A stretch of DNA of 28,658 nucleotides from positions 1 to 28,658 of IMG/VR virus record IMGVR_UViG_3300048598_000477. One strand, written 5' to 3'. Of this stretch, positions 7,768 to 16,769 are shown in pieces. How positions within the stretch are numbered: the stretch's first letter is position 1; every line of letters begins with the position of its first letter. The notes under the pieces are model-generated. The model was not told the DNA's origin. It made no database searches and saw nothing but the letters and a program-made list of their open reading frames with translations. Both the position numbers and the translations under genes were made by a program. This DNA comes from a virus (taxonomy: Duplodnaviria; Caudoviricetes).

Positions 7768-9324
7768 CTACCACAACAGCCACCCGTCTTCCCGTGCGAG
7801 GTCCCGGGCTTTGTCAAGGTTCCCTCCGGCCCTCCGCACGTACTCCCTTTGCAGATCGTGATCGGTCAGCCAACGCAATGCGGCGTTGTCTTTAATCGCG
7901 GACAATTTCGACTTGGCCTCCTGTCCGATTTTCGGTACACTGGTCCCACGACCCGTTGGAAGTCCAGAAATTTCTGTTACGGCCCCTGGAGGGGCTCCTC
8001 TCTGAGGAGCGGACCCGATGGAGGTGTGGCCGGCCTCCCCAACGGATCTGTCTTTTATGCTGGGAAGTTTGGGATAGGGTTCGGAGCTTTTGACGAAGAA
8101 GGTCTTGTGTAACAACAAACGCCCCTCCTCCTCCCCCACCCTCGTCACGAGCGTGTGATACTTGTCGTACCGTTTGATGAAGACGTAGCCGGCCCCCCGT
8201 CCCGGACGTTGGTCGATCTTTATGTCATCCCAGTGGGCCAGCATGTCGGGGATCGTGCGGTAACGGGCCGGAATGTTCTCCGGATGGTGGTTGACGTGGT
8301 GGTCGAGGAAATAGGCCTCACCCGTGTACACCTTCGGGTCCTTCACGCCCATCCTCGCCATGGTATCTGCGTCTATCTCGCCGACCGGCACCAGTTCGTT
8401 TTTGAATCGAGAGAATATTTCCTTGCGCGTAGGTTTTGAGTGTTTGAGCCGTCCGATCTGGTCGATGAAGCCTTGGATGGTCTTCTGATACCATGTGTCG
8501 GGGAGTCTCAGAGGAAAACGGGTTTCAGGGGCTGTGGGCGACGTGTCGGTGAGCTTCTTCCCCACCCGTTCCGCCGCCCTCCCCGCAGCCCCCATCTTCC
8601 CCATCTTTATGAGTTTTCCCGCCAACCCGATGCCGCCGGCCACAGTAAGGGCCGTGTCTATGGGATGGTCCATGGCATAGCCGAGAGCTCTCCCCGGGAT
8701 TCCCAGGGGATCTTTGACATTCGCCGTGACGAACTTCTTTTCCTTCTCCCACGTCTCATCGAGCGCCTGCATGGTTCTCCTGCCTCTCTCGGGATCGAGG
8801 TACTCCGGGGGGACCTCCGGGGCGTGGCCGGGACCCTTGGAGAAGCGCGGTAGAAAGGGGGAGTACGGGTCTGTTTTGATTTGCGCTTCCTTGTCGAGGG
8901 CGGCGAAAGGCGCCATGCCGTAGATGAGCGGCCCCGTTAGCATTCCTCCCACCGTCTGGACCGGGTGTCGCACAGCGTCCACGTAATTTTCGACGTTGTT
9001 CCTGATCCCCGCCGATACCCTCCGGGTTTTCTCGTTCTGTCTACCCCACTCTTCGGGCGGGGGCGTCTTGTATCCGGGCTGGCCCTGCCCCGAAGGGTTT
9101 TTCGCTCCCCACGCCATGGACCAGGCCTGCGGCACGCTCCGGGGCAGCATGTCCGCGCCGGGTGCCATATTGACAGCAGGAGTGTTGCCGGCCGCCGTCC
9201 CCTGGACGTTCTTCGGGCAGGCCGTCTTCAAATACTGGAGGGTCGGCGTGCTCACCGCCCCGTAGTCTTTGTTTCTCAGTGCTTTAAGGTCCTGGGTGGG
9301 GACCCGGGACAGGTCGTACTGCAT
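7768..9324 (-). CDS. Ejection/polyvalent-like protein with a PBECR (PBECR2-like) RNase domain near the C-terminus
   Basis: Third gene of the ejection cluster. DHHVNHHPE....YRTIPDML...DDI...YVFIKRY...LLLHKTFF resembles phage Barnase/EndoU/colicin E5-D/RelE-like nucleases. Confidence 0.65.
   Translation of the reverse strand: MQYDLSRVPTQDLKALRNKDYGAVSTPTLQYLKTACPKNVQGTAAGNTPAVNMAPGADMLPRSVPQAWSMAWGAKNPSGQGQPGYKTPPPEEWGRQNEKTRRVSAGIRNNVENYVDAVRHPVQTVGGMLTGPLIYGMAPFAALDKEAQIKTDPYSPFLPRFSKGPGHAPEVPPEYLDPERGRRTMQALDETWEKEKKFVTANVKDPLGIPGRALGYAMDHPIDTALTVAGGIGLAGKLIKMGKMGAAGRAAERVGKKLTDTSPTAPETRFPLRLPDTWYQKTIQGFIDQIGRLKHSKPTRKEIFSRFKNELVPVGEIDADTMARMGVKDPKVYTGEAYFLDHHVNHHPENIPARYRTIPDMLAHWDDIKIDQRPGRGAGYVFIKRYDKYHTLVTRVGEEEGRLLLHKTFFVKSSEPYPKLPSIKDRSVGEAGHTSIGSAPQRGAPPGAVTEISGLPTGRGTSVPKIGQEAKSKLSAIKDNAALRWLTDHDLQREYVRRAGGNLDKARDLAREDGWLLW
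7913..7941 (+). promoter_or_regulatory. sigma70-type promoter embedded antisense within the CDS 3' end
   Basis: TTGGCC-17 bp-TACACT, homologous to 7624-7652. Confidence 0.55.
7950..8048 (+). ncRNA. Candidate four-way-junction small RNA, copy B (antisense inside the CDS)
   Basis: P1 gacccgttgg/ccaacggatc, P2 tccag/ctgga with a 10-nt longer loop, P3 gctcctc/gaggagc, P4 ggagg/cctcc. Confidence 0.55.
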
Positions 9325-9956
9325 CAGGCTGCTCCCCGCCGGGCAAGCTCGGCGTCGATGGCGTTCATGTCCAGGCCCGGTGCTGACGCACCGGCCGTTT
9401 CTTCCCTGCCTCCCCGCGCCCTGGCAGAAAGCTCGTTGAGCGCCCCCATCTTGCGGGCAGGGTCGAGGGCCTTATCGGCGAGGATCGACCGGATGCCCCG
9501 GGCGATATCGGTGAACCCCCGGGAATCGGGCAGGTACCGGGGGAGGTTCACGGCATTTCCCGCTGCCCCGTTGACGCTGTGAAGAAGGCGCAACCCCATG
9601 TTCATGATGGCTGGATTGTCCGACTCCATCATCTTGAGGCCGGTGGCAACATACCTCTCGTATTGCCCGGCTAACGCGCCCGGGCGGGTCGAAGAGCGTG
9701 CAGTTCGGGAGTCGGGAGCCCGCGAAGCGCCGCCATTGCCGGCCCGCCACGACTCGGCGAGGCCCAGGGGCACCATGCGCGCGGGGTCCTTGGCTGGATA
9801 GTAGGGAAGGTGGCGGATTCCCCTGCCGTCCGCTTCCGGGTGGTAAAGAAGGTTGCTCGCCCGCCGCGGCCCCGTATGCCAGGGAAGGCTCGGTTCATTC
9901 GGGAATTGCAGGGGGTCGACCGGGTCCTGGGGTCCGAAGGGAATGTCGTAGTCCAT
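9324..9956 (-). CDS. Hypothetical protein, probable DNA ejection protein
   Basis: GGAGGTGA RBS; lies directly after the gp7-like gene; one-base TGA/ATG overlap with the next gene. Confidence 0.6.
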   Translation of the reverse strand: MDYDIPFGPQDPVDPLQFPNEPSLPWHTGPRRASNLLYHPEADGRGIRHLPYYPAKDPARMVPLGLAESWRAGNGGASRAPDSRTARSSTRPGALAGQYERYVATGLKMMESDNPAIMNMGLRLLHSVNGAAGNAVNLPRYLPDSRGFTDIARGIRSILADKALDPARKMGALNELSARARGGREETAGASAPGLDMNAIDAELARRGAA

Positions 9957-10003
9957 GAATCACCTCCGTTGCCGTGAAATCGTCATAATAGAAATCCCCG
10001 CCG

Positions 10004-11167
10004 TCACTGGCCCCATCCCCAGCCTGCTCCGCCCCAGCTGTTCGCGCCGCTCGCATTGCCGTAACCGCCGTAGTCGGTGTAACCACCAATGTCCTGGCCC
10101 CAACCCCAGCCATCCCCTCCCCAACTGTTCGCGCCGGTCGTGTTGCCGTAACTACCGTAGTCGGCATCGCTTGACGGGACAGAGTCGCCCGAGAGGGTAC
10201 GGTTTTGTTTTTGGTTCCTTTCCCACCTGTCCAGCGCCCCTATCCCGTAGTTTGCCAGGTTCCCGAAGCCGGAGGCCCAGGCGTTGGCCGATCCTGTCCG
10301 GCCGGCGCCGAGGGCGTTTGCCGCGTTCACCAAGCTGTTGCCGATGCTCGTGGCCGCTTGCTCGCCTTGCGTCCCGAGGTTCGTGGCCGTCACCTGGCCT
10401 ATTCCCGCCATGGTCGCGAGGCGGTTGAAGGCGTTCGCCTGCTCCTGGTTCCACCGGTTGTAAGCGTTCTGGTATTCGGTGGAGGCGAGGTTCTGGCCGT
10501 AGTCCTGGAGCGCCACCCCCATGTTGCCGGAGCCGTAGTTTCCGGCTGCCGCTCCCGAAGCTGCGAGGGCGTCTATCCCCTGCTGTTTGCGCCACTCGTA
10601 GGAAGGGTCCACGTTCGCCTTGAAATCGTCGATCGTGAACCGTCTGTTGAGGTCGCCGTACCCGGGAAGGCCCGAGGAGGCACCGGCGGCCCCGGCGGCA
10701 TCGCCGTATGGCGTGGTCTCAGGGCCATATCCCGCTTTGTAGGTGAAGTCCATGCCCTGGTTCTGCCCGTAGTCCCGCCAATATTCGTAAGGAGAAATGC
10801 CCCACTGGCCAATGACCGACGACAAGGAATCACCGCCATTCGTTGACGGGTGAGCCTTAAGAAAAGCTTCGCTGTCGAAGGTCGACTCGTTCTGGACAGG
10901 GGCGACAGCGGCGATCTGTTCCGGGGTAGCAAGACCGAGAGCAACCTGGAGGGCGTTGAGTCCCCTGTTCCCCGCTTGGTACCATGGCATCTGCATTGCC
11001 TGTGATTGCAGCCACTGGTTGTAACTCATCCTGCCAGACTGAGCACTGGCATCAGCCATTTGATCGGCCGCATCCCCCTGAGCGTCAGCCTGCTGGGACG
11101 AATTATACATGCTCGCTCCTGCCCCTATAACCGCGCTGGCTCCTATCGCCGTCGCTACACCTGACAT
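10004..11167 (-). CDS. DNA transfer/ejection protein (P22 gp7-like)
   Basis: MSGVATAIGASAVIGAGAS N-terminus, PWYQAGNRGL, DPSYEWRKQQG...SGN...ALQDYGQNLASTEYQNAYNR; G/A/Q-rich. Confidence 0.8.
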   Translation of the reverse strand: MSGVATAIGASAVIGAGASMYNSSQQADAQGDAADQMADASAQSGRMSYNQWLQSQAMQMPWYQAGNRGLNALQVALGLATPEQIAAVAPVQNESTFDSEAFLKAHPSTNGGDSLSSVIGQWGISPYEYWRDYGQNQGMDFTYKAGYGPETTPYGDAAGAAGASSGLPGYGDLNRRFTIDDFKANVDPSYEWRKQQGIDALAASGAAAGNYGSGNMGVALQDYGQNLASTEYQNAYNRWNQEQANAFNRLATMAGIGQVTATNLGTQGEQAATSIGNSLVNAANALGAGRTGSANAWASGFGNLANYGIGALDRWERNQKQNRTLSGDSVPSSDADYGSYGNTTGANSWGGDGWGWGQDIGGYTDYGGYGNASGANSWGGAGWGWGQ

Positions 11168-11988
11168 GGCTTGACCTCCTTGGCCCGGGCATGTGTCGCT
11201 AACACCACGGCCTGCCTGTAATCAATCGTGATTTCTTCACCTTCGTTGATGCCGCGACCCGTCACGAGCCAGACATCCCCGCTACCGTCGAGAATCATGT
11301 GGGCATTCGGTCTACTCGAATGGTTCGTATACCTCCCCAGTTGCGTTCTCATCCCCTCAATACGCGCCAGGCCAATATCGGCCCCTATCGTGAAGGCCCT
11401 TGTCGCGAATATCCCCATGCCTTCTATCGGGGATGGAGCTACCACCACCCCGAGGGAAGCAAGGTCTATGTCTCTCCGGTCTGTTTCATTTTCGCTTTGC
11501 ACTCTCACAAGTTCGCGACTAAAGCCTATTTCGGCCAACATCCTGCCAAAGTCCGCGCGGTCTATATTGATTTGCTTTTCCGGCTTCACCTGGCCCGTAG
11601 CAAAATCAAATACGCCGTCGTCTTCGAACTGTTCCGCTTCGATCTTGTTGAGGTCCGTCTCGTCGGTAAGGTGAATGGTGATCCAACGTGAGTCCTCATG
11701 CGCGAGGCCGATACGCTTTGACCCGGCTTCACCTATTTCGATCTGGGGGGCCGTGATGCGCTTTTGTCCTCCCTGAGTTGGGATCGTCATATCGCCGGTA
11801 AGCATGATTGATATGTGCTTTGTCCTGTGGGTCTTGCTCGTGAGCATCACGCCCGCCGGTATGGTGATTTCCCTGATGTAGGCACCCGGTACAAAATAGT
11901 GCTTCGGTTCAATCACGACTTGGGGATACGATTCCATCATTTTCTCTGCAACTGCTATTTTGTCGCGTAACGCCGATTTTGTGAGCAT
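11155..11988 (-). CDS. Cupin-like domain fused to a SET-domain methyltransferase
   Basis: N-terminal KHYFVPGAYIREITIPAG...KTHRTKH (cupin-like). C-terminal SPIEGMGIFA...RYTNHSSRPNA...GEEITIDY carries the SET motifs GxG, NHSxxPN and EIxxDY. Confidence 0.8.
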   Translation of the reverse strand: MLTKSALRDKIAVAEKMMESYPQVVIEPKHYFVPGAYIREITIPAGVMLTSKTHRTKHISIMLTGDMTIPTQGGQKRITAPQIEIGEAGSKRIGLAHEDSRWITIHLTDETDLNKIEAEQFEDDGVFDFATGQVKPEKQINIDRADFGRMLAEIGFSRELVRVQSENETDRRDIDLASLGVVVAPSPIEGMGIFATRAFTIGADIGLARIEGMRTQLGRYTNHSSRPNAHMILDGSGDVWLVTGRGINEGEEITIDYRQAVVLATHARAKEVKPCQV

Positions 11989-11996
11989 CTACTCTC

Positions 11997-12374
11997 CTAA
12001 TACCATTCCGTCCAGCAATAGACGGTCGCGGCCGCAGCCGAATCCACCTCGTAATAGTTCCCGGGAAGCACCACGAAACTGATCGGGATGGGGACGTTGT
12101 CAGCCCCCGCCATGTTCATCTTCGCTACTTCCGTTGTGGGAGGGTTGGACGCATCGGAGTAGACATGGAGCACGTCCGCTATCGCTCCGGTGTAGTAGAA
12201 GGATGAGGTGACGAACATCGGTCTGGCCGACGTGTTCCGATAGACGGTCCCTACCGCTCTCGATGCGGTGACGACGGCCTGCACAGTCCGAAACTGGTCA
12301 AAAAGTTCCTGGAACCACTGCCGGGCCTGTGCGGGAAGTTGGGGAAGCCATGAGAAGTCGAAGGGCTTTATCAC
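11997..12374 (-). CDS. Small tail-associated protein (125 aa)
   Basis: True start is most likely the GTG at 12374 (GTGA overlap with the gp10 stop, GGAGG RBS). SRAVGTVYRNTSARPMFV...FVVLPGNYYEV...W.EW resembles phage fibre C-terminal modules. Confidence 0.7.
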   Translation of the reverse strand: MIKPFDFSWLPQLPAQARQWFQELFDQFRTVQAVVTASRAVGTVYRNTSARPMFVTSSFYYTGAIADVLHVYSDASNPPTTEVAKMNMAGADNVPIPISFVVLPGNYYEVDSAAAATVYCWTEWY

Positions 12375-14047
12375 GCGCTCACCTCCGCATACGCCCCCAT
12401 GATCACTCTCTTGCAGGGATCGCTTATCGTGATCCTCGGAATAAAGCCGTACGGGTGATACCCGAGCTTGCGCCAGGCTGCCCTGCACCTGTACTGGCCC
12501 GTCGTGCCGAGCGATGCGGCGTGCTCGTTGCTCCACGTGTGGCCGTTGTCGTCCGACCACGCCAGGCTCAGGCCCCCGCCAACGCCCGTTTCCATGTCGA
12601 CGAAGAGACGGTGGATCATGACCCCCTCGAAGCCCTGCCTGTCGAAGACGGGGAGCGCCGTCCTTACGGCCACGATCGGTTGTCCGTTGTCCGTGTAGAT
12701 GCCCGTTGCCATCCTGTAGATGTTGCCCGAGGCATAGTCTCCCACGAGGTGGAGGCCGTTGAAGGAGGCGTAGCAGTTGCCCACGTGCCTGCCGATAGTG
12801 TACGGGCTCCCCGTCCAACTCGAGCGCTCGTGCCACATGAGGGTCGAGGCGTCGTAAGCGAAGGTAGCGTTCGCCGAAGGGAACGTGAGCACGTAGAAGG
12901 TATGGCCGTTTTCCGTGTAGCAGTACCCGAAGGCGTCGGAGATCGTGGTGAACCGGCCGATCTGGTAAGAGATCGCGGCCGTGGAGATGATCTGGGGCAC
13001 CCCCGCCTGCAGCTCCACGACGCCGACGAACTCCCCCGTGTCGTTGTTCCGTGCGGCAGCGAGAAAGAATATGCTGTTGTCGCCCCGGGCAACAGACCAT
13101 GGGGCCACGGTGCCGTAGTCGATGACGGCCCCCGACATGCGGGCGAAGGGAAAGCCCGTGGAGGTAGGGGTGCCCGCGTCGTACCAGACCTCCGAGGTGT
13201 GGGTCTTGATGATCCAGAGCTGCTGGTGGAGGTTGAAGACGCACTTGATGGGGTCAGGAGAGGCTGACACGGGGGAAGTCGCAAGAGCGTTCCAACTCGT
13301 CCCGTCGTAAAGGTTCGAGGCATAGGCCGACATGGAACCAGCCACGCCGATGACGAAATACCCATCGATGTAGTCGAGGGTTACGGGGTTGCCTGGCCAG
13401 CCGCTCGTGAAGGCAGAAGGGGTCGCCGTGGGGGTGAATGTCGCCCCGCTCGTCGCACCCGTCCACGTGTGGGAGTTGTCGGGAGAACCGGTGACGCTGG
13501 CGACTTTCAAGGGGCCGGACGACGAAGGGGGACCGCCTATGAGGATGGACGTCGCCCCGCTCGTTGCCTGAGTCACGGTTTCCTGGTTGACGAATGTCCC
13601 TGCCGCCACGGAGCCTGTGATGTTCGACCCCTGCGTGCCGCAGGTGAAAAAGTTGCCCGTACTCACGTTGTAGATGTAGCCGTTCGTCCCGTCGACGATC
13701 ATGAGCTGGTTGCCCCCGATCCCGGAAGCGGCAAGCCCGTTGTTCTTCATCTGCACGCGGCCCACGGACGAATTGAGCGTGCCGAGGACCGGGGAAACAA
13801 CACCCGAGGGTGTGACCGAGTAGAGGCGGTTCCCCGACACCACGTAGAGGAGCCCGTTGAACGGGTGCATGCCCCTGATGACGTTCTTGCCGAGGGCCGC
13901 CCACAGCTCGGTGCCCGGCGTACCGATGAGGGCCATGACGGTCCTGGAGCCGTCCGGGGCGAGCTCGGGGTAGAGGTTGACCGAGCGCGAGCAGTTGAGC
14001 GAAGGAGAGACGCTGTTATAGGTAGGGCCGCAGAAAGGGATGATCAT
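12371..14047 (-). CDS. Packaged DNA stabilization / tail hub protein (P22 gp10-like)
   Basis: SVNLYPE...GTPG, IRGMH..NGLLYVVSG, YIDGYFV, DGTSWNAL, GHTFYVLTFPSANATFAYDAST..WHER, WSDDNGHTWSNEH...G..GQY...W.KLG. Confidence 0.85.
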   Translation of the reverse strand: MIIPFCGPTYNSVSPSLNCSRSVNLYPELAPDGSRTVMALIGTPGTELWAALGKNVIRGMHPFNGLLYVVSGNRLYSVTPSGVVSPVLGTLNSSVGRVQMKNNGLAASGIGGNQLMIVDGTNGYIYNVSTGNFFTCGTQGSNITGSVAAGTFVNQETVTQATSGATSILIGGPPSSSGPLKVASVTGSPDNSHTWTGATSGATFTPTATPSAFTSGWPGNPVTLDYIDGYFVIGVAGSMSAYASNLYDGTSWNALATSPVSASPDPIKCVFNLHQQLWIIKTHTSEVWYDAGTPTSTGFPFARMSGAVIDYGTVAPWSVARGDNSIFFLAAARNNDTGEFVGVVELQAGVPQIISTAAISYQIGRFTTISDAFGYCYTENGHTFYVLTFPSANATFAYDASTLMWHERSSWTGSPYTIGRHVGNCYASFNGLHLVGDYASGNIYRMATGIYTDNGQPIVAVRTALPVFDRQGFEGVMIHRLFVDMETGVGGGLSLAWSDDNGHTWSNEHAASLGTTGQYRCRAAWRKLGYHPYGFIPRITISDPCKRVIMGAYAEVSA

Positions 14048-14056
14048 GGTCGTCCT

Positions 14057-14542
14057 TTAGGTCAGGCTGCAGGTGACTGTCACGTTGAGGGTGTCGCCGC
14101 CGATGACCGACCTCGATGCGGAGAAATCGTTTGCGCCGAGAAGGGTGCCCGCGGTTCCGCCCCTGGTCGCGTTATCCACGAGGCCCGCCCCGTAGATGGT
14201 GGTCGTCCCGTTCATGGTGAAGCTCGCGGGAGACGCCGAGTTGTCCACGGAGCCGTTCGCGACGGTGCCGCCCGTCCACGCCGGTCGGCTCGCGTTCGAG
14301 TAGTTCGTGTCCTCGGACCATCCCGAATGGGACGCCATGGTGTCTGCCGCGACCACCGTGCCCGTGCCTTTGAGGAAGACGTACCACGAGGGTGTCGACT
14401 GGCCGGTCCTGAGCGTGGCATCGAGATACTTGTTTCTCCCCGCCGCGGTGACGAGGTTGTCGAACTCCTCGGCCCACATGACTTTGCCGCTCCTCACGCA
14501 TTCGACTCTGTAGTGCTGCCTCAGCCTGATCGATAGATCCAT
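14057..14542 (-). CDS. Phage structural/tail-associated protein
   Basis: WAEEFDNLVT..G.N..LD...WY...ADTMASH.GW.E...Y...RP...SRSV..GDTLNVT is a common phage tail-module protein pattern. GGAG RBS. Confidence 0.7.
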   Translation of the reverse strand: MDLSIRLRQHYRVECVRSGKVMWAEEFDNLVTAAGRNKYLDATLRTGQSTPSWYVFLKGTGTVVAADTMASHSGWSEDTNYSNASRPAWTGGTVANGSVDNSASPASFTMNGTTTIYGAGLVDNATRGGTAGTLLGANDFSASRSVIGGDTLNVTVTCSLT

Positions 14543-14553
14543 ATTCGTTCTCC

Positions 14554-16161
14554 TTAAACGAAAAAAGTCACCGGCTCCCCGTCTATGACGAAGGCGAGGA
14601 ACCTGCCCACACCGGGAATGGTGCCGTAGAATGCGGCCTGCGCGGAAGCCGCCACAACCGAGGCGGCGGCCATGGTCGCCCTGGATGAGGCGAGCATGTC
14701 GACAGCGTGGGTGAGGCCGATCTGCGAGACCAGTATGGCGCGGTTGCTTAATGCGAGGTCATTGAGGGATGCCGCGAGCGACGCGGACGTCGAGAAAGCC
14801 GATCCCCCTGTTCCGGCGATGCCCGCCGCGGCCGCCAGAGCGGAAGAAACGATCGCCCGGAGCTGCTGACTATCGCCCAGAGATGCGCCGGACGAGAGGC
14901 CCGATACATTGACGAGTATCCCCCGGGAGACAACCGGGTCCATGATGGTCGACGAGAGAGAAGAAAGGACCGACAGGAGCATCGTCGCCGTCTCTCCCAT
15001 ATCGGGGGACGCCGAGACCGACGCGGAGACGCTGTACGTGCTTCCGCTCGCTGCCTGTACGCCGCAGCGGATGGAGTAGTCCCGGGCAATCCCGGTCCCC
15101 ACCCCGAGGGACGCGGGAAACCCGCCGGTGTAGTTCGCCAGTATGTAGGCGCAATTCCCGGCTGATGCGTCGTTGTAGTACTGCGTCTGCTGGTCGTTCG
15201 ACGTGACGGCGATGACGTAGCTGGCACCGCCGGTGAGTGTCGCAGGGCTCGGGGAGATGTTGGCGTTCGTCCGCCCCTGCCAGCCGGCAGTTGTGGAGAG
15301 GGCGAATGAGTCGGTCGAGGCGATGAGCGTGCTGCGGTCGGCGTTGTAGACCGCGATGCGGGCGTTCCCCGAGCCCGAGCAGTATGCGGAGAGCTCCCTG
15401 ATGGCCTGGCTCCCGGAGCCGGGACATGTCCATGTCGCGCTACTGTTGAAGAGGGTGTACCCCCCGGCCGCGCCCGACTGGGAGCCGATGACATTGTATC
15501 CGAAATAGCTTGTGGGTGCCTTGAAGGAGGCGGTAATGAACGTACAGGTGTGCCCCGTCGCCCACGACATGCTCGTGGTGATACTCGTCTGGATCGAGGA
15601 TACGACCGCGTACTCCATGGTGGAGCCGAGAGTCGATACGCTCACCATCGACATGGGCGTCGAGCCCGCCTGGCCTGCCGTGTAGTCCTCGTAGCCCGCC
15701 GCAATGGAAACCGCGCCGACAATGAGCTCATCGGCTTGCGTGGTCGAAAACTGCGCGGACGTGACCGATGAAGCACCGGTATCCACGATTGTCGGGTCGG
15801 GAGCGGCATCCAGGGGCGACACGGTATCCACACCCGACCACTGGCCGACGACGATCTCCCGGTAGGATACGGAAGCGGTGAAGGTTGCAGTTATGACGTT
15901 GGTGCCGTTGCCGCTGACGTTCCGGGCGTAGAAGAGCTCCGACGCACCCAGGTTCGGCGAGTTGACGGCGAGATTGCCGACCCTGGTAAAGGTATTCCCC
16001 GCGGTGTCCGACAACGTCGCGGTCGTGGAAAAGTCTGTCCCGTGCTTCACGAGGACAACAAGCAGGTTCCCCGCGACGCAGTCGAACGACGGTGACACGA
16101 CCGTGGTGTCCGATACATTGAGGCCGGCATAACTGACGGTGTTCACGAATGCTATCGCCAC
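14554..16161 (-). CDS. S/T/A/G-rich virion structural (fibre-like) protein
   Basis: Probable GTG start at 16161 (GGAGG RBS; MAIAFVNT). Beta-rich domains (GNLLVVLV, DTAGNTF) and an S/A-rich repetitive C-terminus. Confidence 0.7.
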   Translation of the reverse strand: MAIAFVNTVSYAGLNVSDTTVVSPSFDCVAGNLLVVLVKHGTDFSTTATLSDTAGNTFTRVGNLAVNSPNLGASELFYARNVSGNGTNVITATFTASVSYREIVVGQWSGVDTVSPLDAAPDPTIVDTGASSVTSAQFSTTQADELIVGAVSIAAGYEDYTAGQAGSTPMSMVSVSTLGSTMEYAVVSSIQTSITTSMSWATGHTCTFITASFKAPTSYFGYNVIGSQSGAAGGYTLFNSSATWTCPGSGSQAIRELSAYCSGSGNARIAVYNADRSTLIASTDSFALSTTAGWQGRTNANISPSPATLTGGASYVIAVTSNDQQTQYYNDASAGNCAYILANYTGGFPASLGVGTGIARDYSIRCGVQAASGSTYSVSASVSASPDMGETATMLLSVLSSLSSTIMDPVVSRGILVNVSGLSSGASLGDSQQLRAIVSSALAAAAGIAGTGGSAFSTSASLAASLNDLALSNRAILVSQIGLTHAVDMLASSRATMAAASVVAASAQAAFYGTIPGVGRFLAFVIDGEPVTFFV

Positions 16162-16313
16162 CGCAAGGCCTCCCCGATCCTCCTCCACGCCCTCTTCCAC
16201 CACGGTGGCCGGAAGAGTACCTCGAGCACGAGGTCGAGCTTCCGTATTACCTCGGCGAGGTCGGAGCCCTTCTCCTGCCTGCTCTCTCCCGTGATCCTTA
16301 TCTGCCCCCTCAT
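16152..16313 (-). CDS. Small hypothetical protein (53 aa)
   Basis: ATG at 16313 overlaps the upstream TGA (ATGA). MRGQIRITGE...RPPWWKRAWRRIGEALRWR. Fills the gap in the operon. Confidence 0.5.
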   Translation of the reverse strand: MRGQIRITGESRQEKGSDLAEVIRKLDLVLEVLFRPPWWKRAWRRIGEALRWR

Positions 16314-16765
16314 GAGGACACCTTGCCCGTGAGCCTGTAAGTAAGGTTCACCGTCACCGGGGTGGCCGTGGGGAGGCTCACGACGAGAGAGTCGGCCATG
16401 TTCGTCTGCTCGTAGTCCATGCCGGCCGAAAAGAAGAGGTACATCCCTCCCGACCTGGGGTTGTAGATGCCCCCGAGAATGGCGCCGGAGGCGCACTTGA
16501 GCACCACTTCGCCGGTCACATCGCTGCTCACCGAAAGCTTTGCCGCGAATACCTGGATGAGCTGGCCCGCGGAAGCCGTAAGGAGGGTGTTGTCTCCTGC
16601 CTGGTTGACGTTGAAGCGCCGGTTGAGGACGGGCTCCCCCACGATCTCCACCTCGGCGCCGAAGGACATGTCCGCCGCCACATGGAGGTTGCCCATCTCG
16701 TCCACCCAGGGGATATTGAGACGCCCCGTGCTCTGGTCCTGCCCGTGAATGATCACCTCTGCCAT
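16310..16765 (-). CDS. Hypothetical beta-rich phage protein
   Basis: 151 aa, AGGTGA RBS, tightly packed after the gp4-like gene. Confidence 0.7.
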   Translation of the reverse strand: MAEVIIHGQDQSTGRLNIPWVDEMGNLHVAADMSFGAEVEIVGEPVLNRRFNVNQAGDNTLLTASAGQLIQVFAAKLSVSSDVTGEVVLKCASGAILGGIYNPRSGGMYLFFSAGMDYEQTNMADSLVVSLPTATPVTVNLTYRLTGKVSS

Positions 16766-16769
16766 GGTC

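Noticed and set aside
7598-8060. Direct repeat as a DGR template/variable repeat pair
   Set aside because: Mismatches are not restricted to adenines on either strand, there is a 10-nt indel, and no reverse transcriptase is present in the window.
12375-13244. N-terminal 290 aa of the 415-aa ORF 11997-13244
   Set aside because: Out-of-frame overlap with the gp10-like gene, with Arg/His-rich nonsense composition. The real gene starts at about 12374.
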